Assembly (NCBI GenBank): GCA_964036045.1
Contig: OZ038378.1
Coordinates: 146,010,001-146,074,000 of the forward strand
Source of the DNA: Eutreptiella sp. 'Long Island Sound 2002'
Taxonomy: Eukaryota; Protista; Euglenida
Reading direction: 5' to 3'
DNA length: 64,000 nt
The notes under the pieces were generated by a model. That model did no database searches. It was not told where the DNA came from and worked only from the letters and a program-made list of their open reading frames with translations. How positions within the stretch are numbered: the first letter of the stretch is position 1; each line of letters starts with the position of its first letter. The translations under genes were made by a program, and so were the position numbers. Below are positions 60,301 to 64,000 of this stretch, in pieces.

Positions 60301-61939
60301 AGAAGGTCGGATACTGAGCTTGTCCTGTGCGTCTGCTACCTGGACAAGGTAGTATTATTTGTGCATCGCTGTGTACTGCAGATTTCTTGCATCCAAGGCA
60401 CTCTACTGTACCCTGTATCACGCAAAACACTTCATTGTTTTCGCAATTTCAGCCATGAATGTTCATCATATTGACACGTACCCAGCTGGTGCTGTTCTCA
60501 ATTTCCAACCTTCGGGGGGGCAGTATTGTGCCTGCCAAGATTGTGCTTGCCACAAGGGCTGGAGCCCACTGTCAAGCCCCCTGCCAAGGCTGGTCCCAAA
60601 GCTGCCAAACCTGGTGCCAAACCCTCAACGAAGATTGCAGCCAAACCTGCTGCCCAGTTGGCAGCCAAGTATGCAGCGTGCGTGTAGTGCGGCTATTTGG
60701 CAACATCTATGGGAACAGTGTTGTGGTGTCGGTTTTGTCCTTTCACGGCGGGCACCTCAGCAGATGTACTTTTTTGGGACTGCGAAGGGCCACAGGCCAA
60801 GTTTCCTTTCAAAGATTATGAAGCAGGTGCCACATTGTGATCTTGATTGTGCTATATTTGTGGAAAGGAGGGGTGTTCATACAATTTTTGTGGGTAAAGC
60901 GCCTGCTGTCCTTAGGGGGAGGGGGGGGGAATCAGGAGGCTATCGGTGTACTCGTCACAAAAGTAGTTCAAAGCACATGTGCGGTGCAACCCCCTGCACC
61001 ATGCCACCATGCTCCTTTCTTGGCCTTTTTTGATGCCGACATGAACGTGGTTTTCATACTTGGCAGTGGATGCTATACTCTTTAGATAGGGTCCTCTGCT
61101 GGTTTCCAAATGTCGATTTTTTGGCATGCTGATAACCCAGGAACATGTGATGAGCGTGCATTTGCTACCACGTAGATGGTATCCGATATTGGGCATCAAT
61201 TCGTGGGGTTGTGGGAGGTGCAGACCTCAGGCCCACACAATGCACTTCATTTGGCCACACGTCCAATATCATGCACTAATTTGGGGCTTGGTGGGAGACT
61301 GGCTCAGGGCTGAGCTCATAGGTAGGAAAAGCAAGCACGAATATCCACGGGCGGTCCCTGCCCCACCCTGTCTGCCTTTTGGTTTGGTGTCCAGCTCTGC
61401 AATGGGTCTTGGCACAGGATGTGCATAACTCTGGTGGGAACATGTGTTTATCAACCCTCTTTTGGATTCCTTGTTTCTCATTCCAACAATGAGATGGGTT
61501 TGCTGGGATGCTGATGTCAGCATCACCACCAAAAGATTCACCCAGCACAGAAGAGCACAAATCATGAAAGCAGACAGGCACTGGAGTCGATTGATTGATT
61601 GATCCCTACCTCCCCCACACAAACACAAAAGGCCCACCGATGTATCACCAGAAGTTACCGTGCCAGATAACCTAAACAACCCACCATCCATCACCCATCC
61701 TGGCCCCTTGGGCATGGTGGATCAAGGCATCATTCGGCACTGATCTTGTTTCAGCTGCAGTGCAGCTAGTCAAAACAATGAACTGTGAGCCGTAGCTATG
61801 ACCATATGCCTGTGTCACGGGGGTATATGCGAGCTTAGCATCCGTTGCTCATGGCCTTGCAGAACAATTGCCCTTGCATAATAATTCCTGTGGCCCCTGT
61901 TGAGCATGTGCAGCCCTTCAGAGTCAAATACTCCCGCCC
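57316..61939 (+). repeat. Cluster of shuffled segmental duplications (modules A-E)
   Basis: The same blocks occur at 57316-58506, 60108-60670 and 61699-61939 in different orders; includes a K/A/P-rich pseudo-ORF KPPAKAGPKAAKPGAKPSTKIAAKPAA. Confidence 0.88.
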
Positions 61940-62779
61940 ACGGGGGCCGCCGCCAGCCAATGTGTCACCTTCCGCATGCTTCCCCCATTAGATCTTCTAC
62001 ACATCGGACCTTAGAACGTTTGATTGCCTGTAGTATTTGCCCCCAGTGCACCACAAGTGGGTCGCTCTTTGGTTGGTGCTACTGTGCACTGGGCATAATA
62101 ACGTGCCCATGTCCACAAATGGCAACCTGAAAATTGCTACTGGCATTTTTTTTCGTTGCAGTTCTCGACGTTTGCGGCCTTTCCCAAGTGCCATCGATAT
62201 TCCTTTCATTCTCTACACACAGCAACATACAACAGCAAGCACAACAAAAAGCGCAACAGCAACGTTTGAAAGAATGATTGTTGAAACTCATGGCCCTAAG
62301 CCTGCTTCAAAAAGTCTCAGCGTTTATCTCCTTCATGTGGCAGTGGATAAAGCTGACGAAAGTGATGGTGTAGTATATAATGCTTAAAACTGTTGGCCCC
62401 AGGCCTGCTTGAAAAGAGTTAAGCATTCTCTAGTAACACACAAAGAATCACATGGAACTGAAATTGCCTGAGACCGGACCCGCAAAGGCAACATACTTCC
62501 CCACCTTGCCTAAGGGTGGGCAGGGCGCATTGGGCAACTTACACACAACTCATACCACATTGACGTTCTCTAGACGCGAAGCAAGAACGGGGCAAGAGGC
62601 AACAGAATCAGCGAAAAACACAAAGCCCCACATGGTCCTACGCGTCACGCCACATGTACACCTCAAATATTACCCCCGCACCAACACGCAAATGTTGCGT
62701 GCCCATCACATGCCACTGTAGACTAAAGAAACCATGCAAAAAAAGGCAATATGTGTGCGATTTGGTGAAAAATGCTCGA

Positions 62780-63440
62780 GGGGGGGGGGGGGGGGGGGGC
62801 ATGATTCTTCTTTCGACCGGAGGGATCCATTCGCCAAGGGGCCCAAGTTTCTTCTTTCGAAGGGGGGGGGTCCATTGGCACAGGGGGTCCATTGACACGG
62901 GTGGGGGTGTGTATCTGAGTTGGACATGCCATCCCCTGTCTGGTCATGTTGTGCAATGCCATGGCACAATCATGTGAAGCGCCGTACCACCATGCCACAG
63001 TGCTATGACATGACATATGATAACGTTAAACCACATGACATGACATAGCAAGAGATGACAGGACACAATACGACATGACATGACACGATATGACACGACA
63101 CGGAAGCCCATTACTCCAATGCCCCTTCGGTGGGCGTCCCTGCCCCCCCCCCCCCCCGCCCCGACCCTCGCCGTGAAGTTGAGCTCTACTGGTGTGAAAA
63201 AGTGCAAAAAGTTGTAAACATGAGCTCTATAGCCATCACTAAGATGCAAGAGGTACAAATGTTATGTCTAGACCACTTTTAAAGCGATGGCACAAGCTAG
63301 AAAGTGCTTACACAAAGAGTTCTTCTAGATTTTCAAAGAGAATTTGAGTCAATGGACCCCCCGCGCCCATGCCAATGGACCCCCTCTCTCGAAAGAAGAA
63401 ACATGGCCTGGGCCATTGACACGGGCGGGGGGGGGGGGGG
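62780..63440. mobile_element. Probable MITE with inverted subterminal repeats and internal (CATGA)n microsatellite
   Basis: TTTCTTCTTTCGAAGGGGGGGGGTCCATTGGCA (~62847-62880) is inverted at ~63369-63401 (TGCCAATGGACCCCCTCTCTCGAAAGAAGAAA); CATGA/CACGA repeats at 63005-63100. Confidence 0.6.
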
Positions 63441-64000
63441 GGGGGGCACTCCACCGGTTCTAGCTCCCAAGTGCAGGGTCATTGCCCTGCACAGAAGTTC
63501 TTTCCACGGAAATCACGACCCTGCTTGGAGCTGGCCTTGGAGCGGGCGCACTCAGCGCAGCGCGCGTGTAACTAGTGCAACTAGCGTGCAACTAGTTGGG
63601 TTTCTTGCCGTACTAGAGACCCATACTTTGGAATACCAGGGGCATCATTAGTTGTCAAAGGTACCGGGGTACTAGGGAGTCGATGGGTGCCGAGGGCTCC
63701 CAATTGTCCACAAGCACCAAAACTATTACCCTCAGCGCTTGAGTTGAGGTGATGGACACACAATGAAGGAGGGGGGTGGGGGTTGCCATTTTAGAGAGGA
63801 AGGCCTACAGGGGTTTACGGACTGCCCGCTGGAAGAGAGGGGAGGGTTGCCCGCATATGGACCTCCGTTCTCGACCGTGGGTGGAAAGAGGGCTCCTCCC
63901 CCGCACGCCGCCCTCGCCAAGGCCAGAGCCTCTTTGGGGGGCGTGTTTATGAAACTTCCGTGCCCGCGCGGGCATGCTGCTCTACCGGGCGAGCCAAGCG

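Overview
Repeat-rich eukaryotic genomic DNA with one 200-N gap (30156-30355). It is most likely from a euglenid: a euglenid-type spliced-leader sequence sits at 51866-51892, and GC3-rich GT-AG exons lie among poly-G/C-ended repeats (organism assignment is inference). Host genes rebuilt by hand with phase-consistent splice sites: a 3-exon coiled-coil gene (-), a single-exon partial-p25alpha/TPPP-like gene (-), a 4-exon TPR protein with a C-terminal hydrophobic anchor (-), an orphan terminal exon (+), an intronless alpha/beta-hydrolase (+) with a locally templated 609-bp partial copy, and an intronless ~1599-aa secreted mucin-like protein (+). The main result is that the mucin-like ORF carries a genome-encoded spliced leader 32 nt before its ATG and directly follows a Harbinger-transposase remnant, which points to an intact retrocopy of a trans-spliced mRNA. 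Mobile DNA includes three PIF/Harbinger-like DDE transposase remnants with a C-terminal Cys-rich domain (complete in one copy), a Penelope-like RT remnant, a tRNA-derived SINE with a (CCTTA)n tail and 15-bp flanking repeats, MITEs and minisatellites. Most ORFs in the supplied track are artefacts of GC-rich or repetitive DNA. No database searches were run; family names rest on motif recognition.
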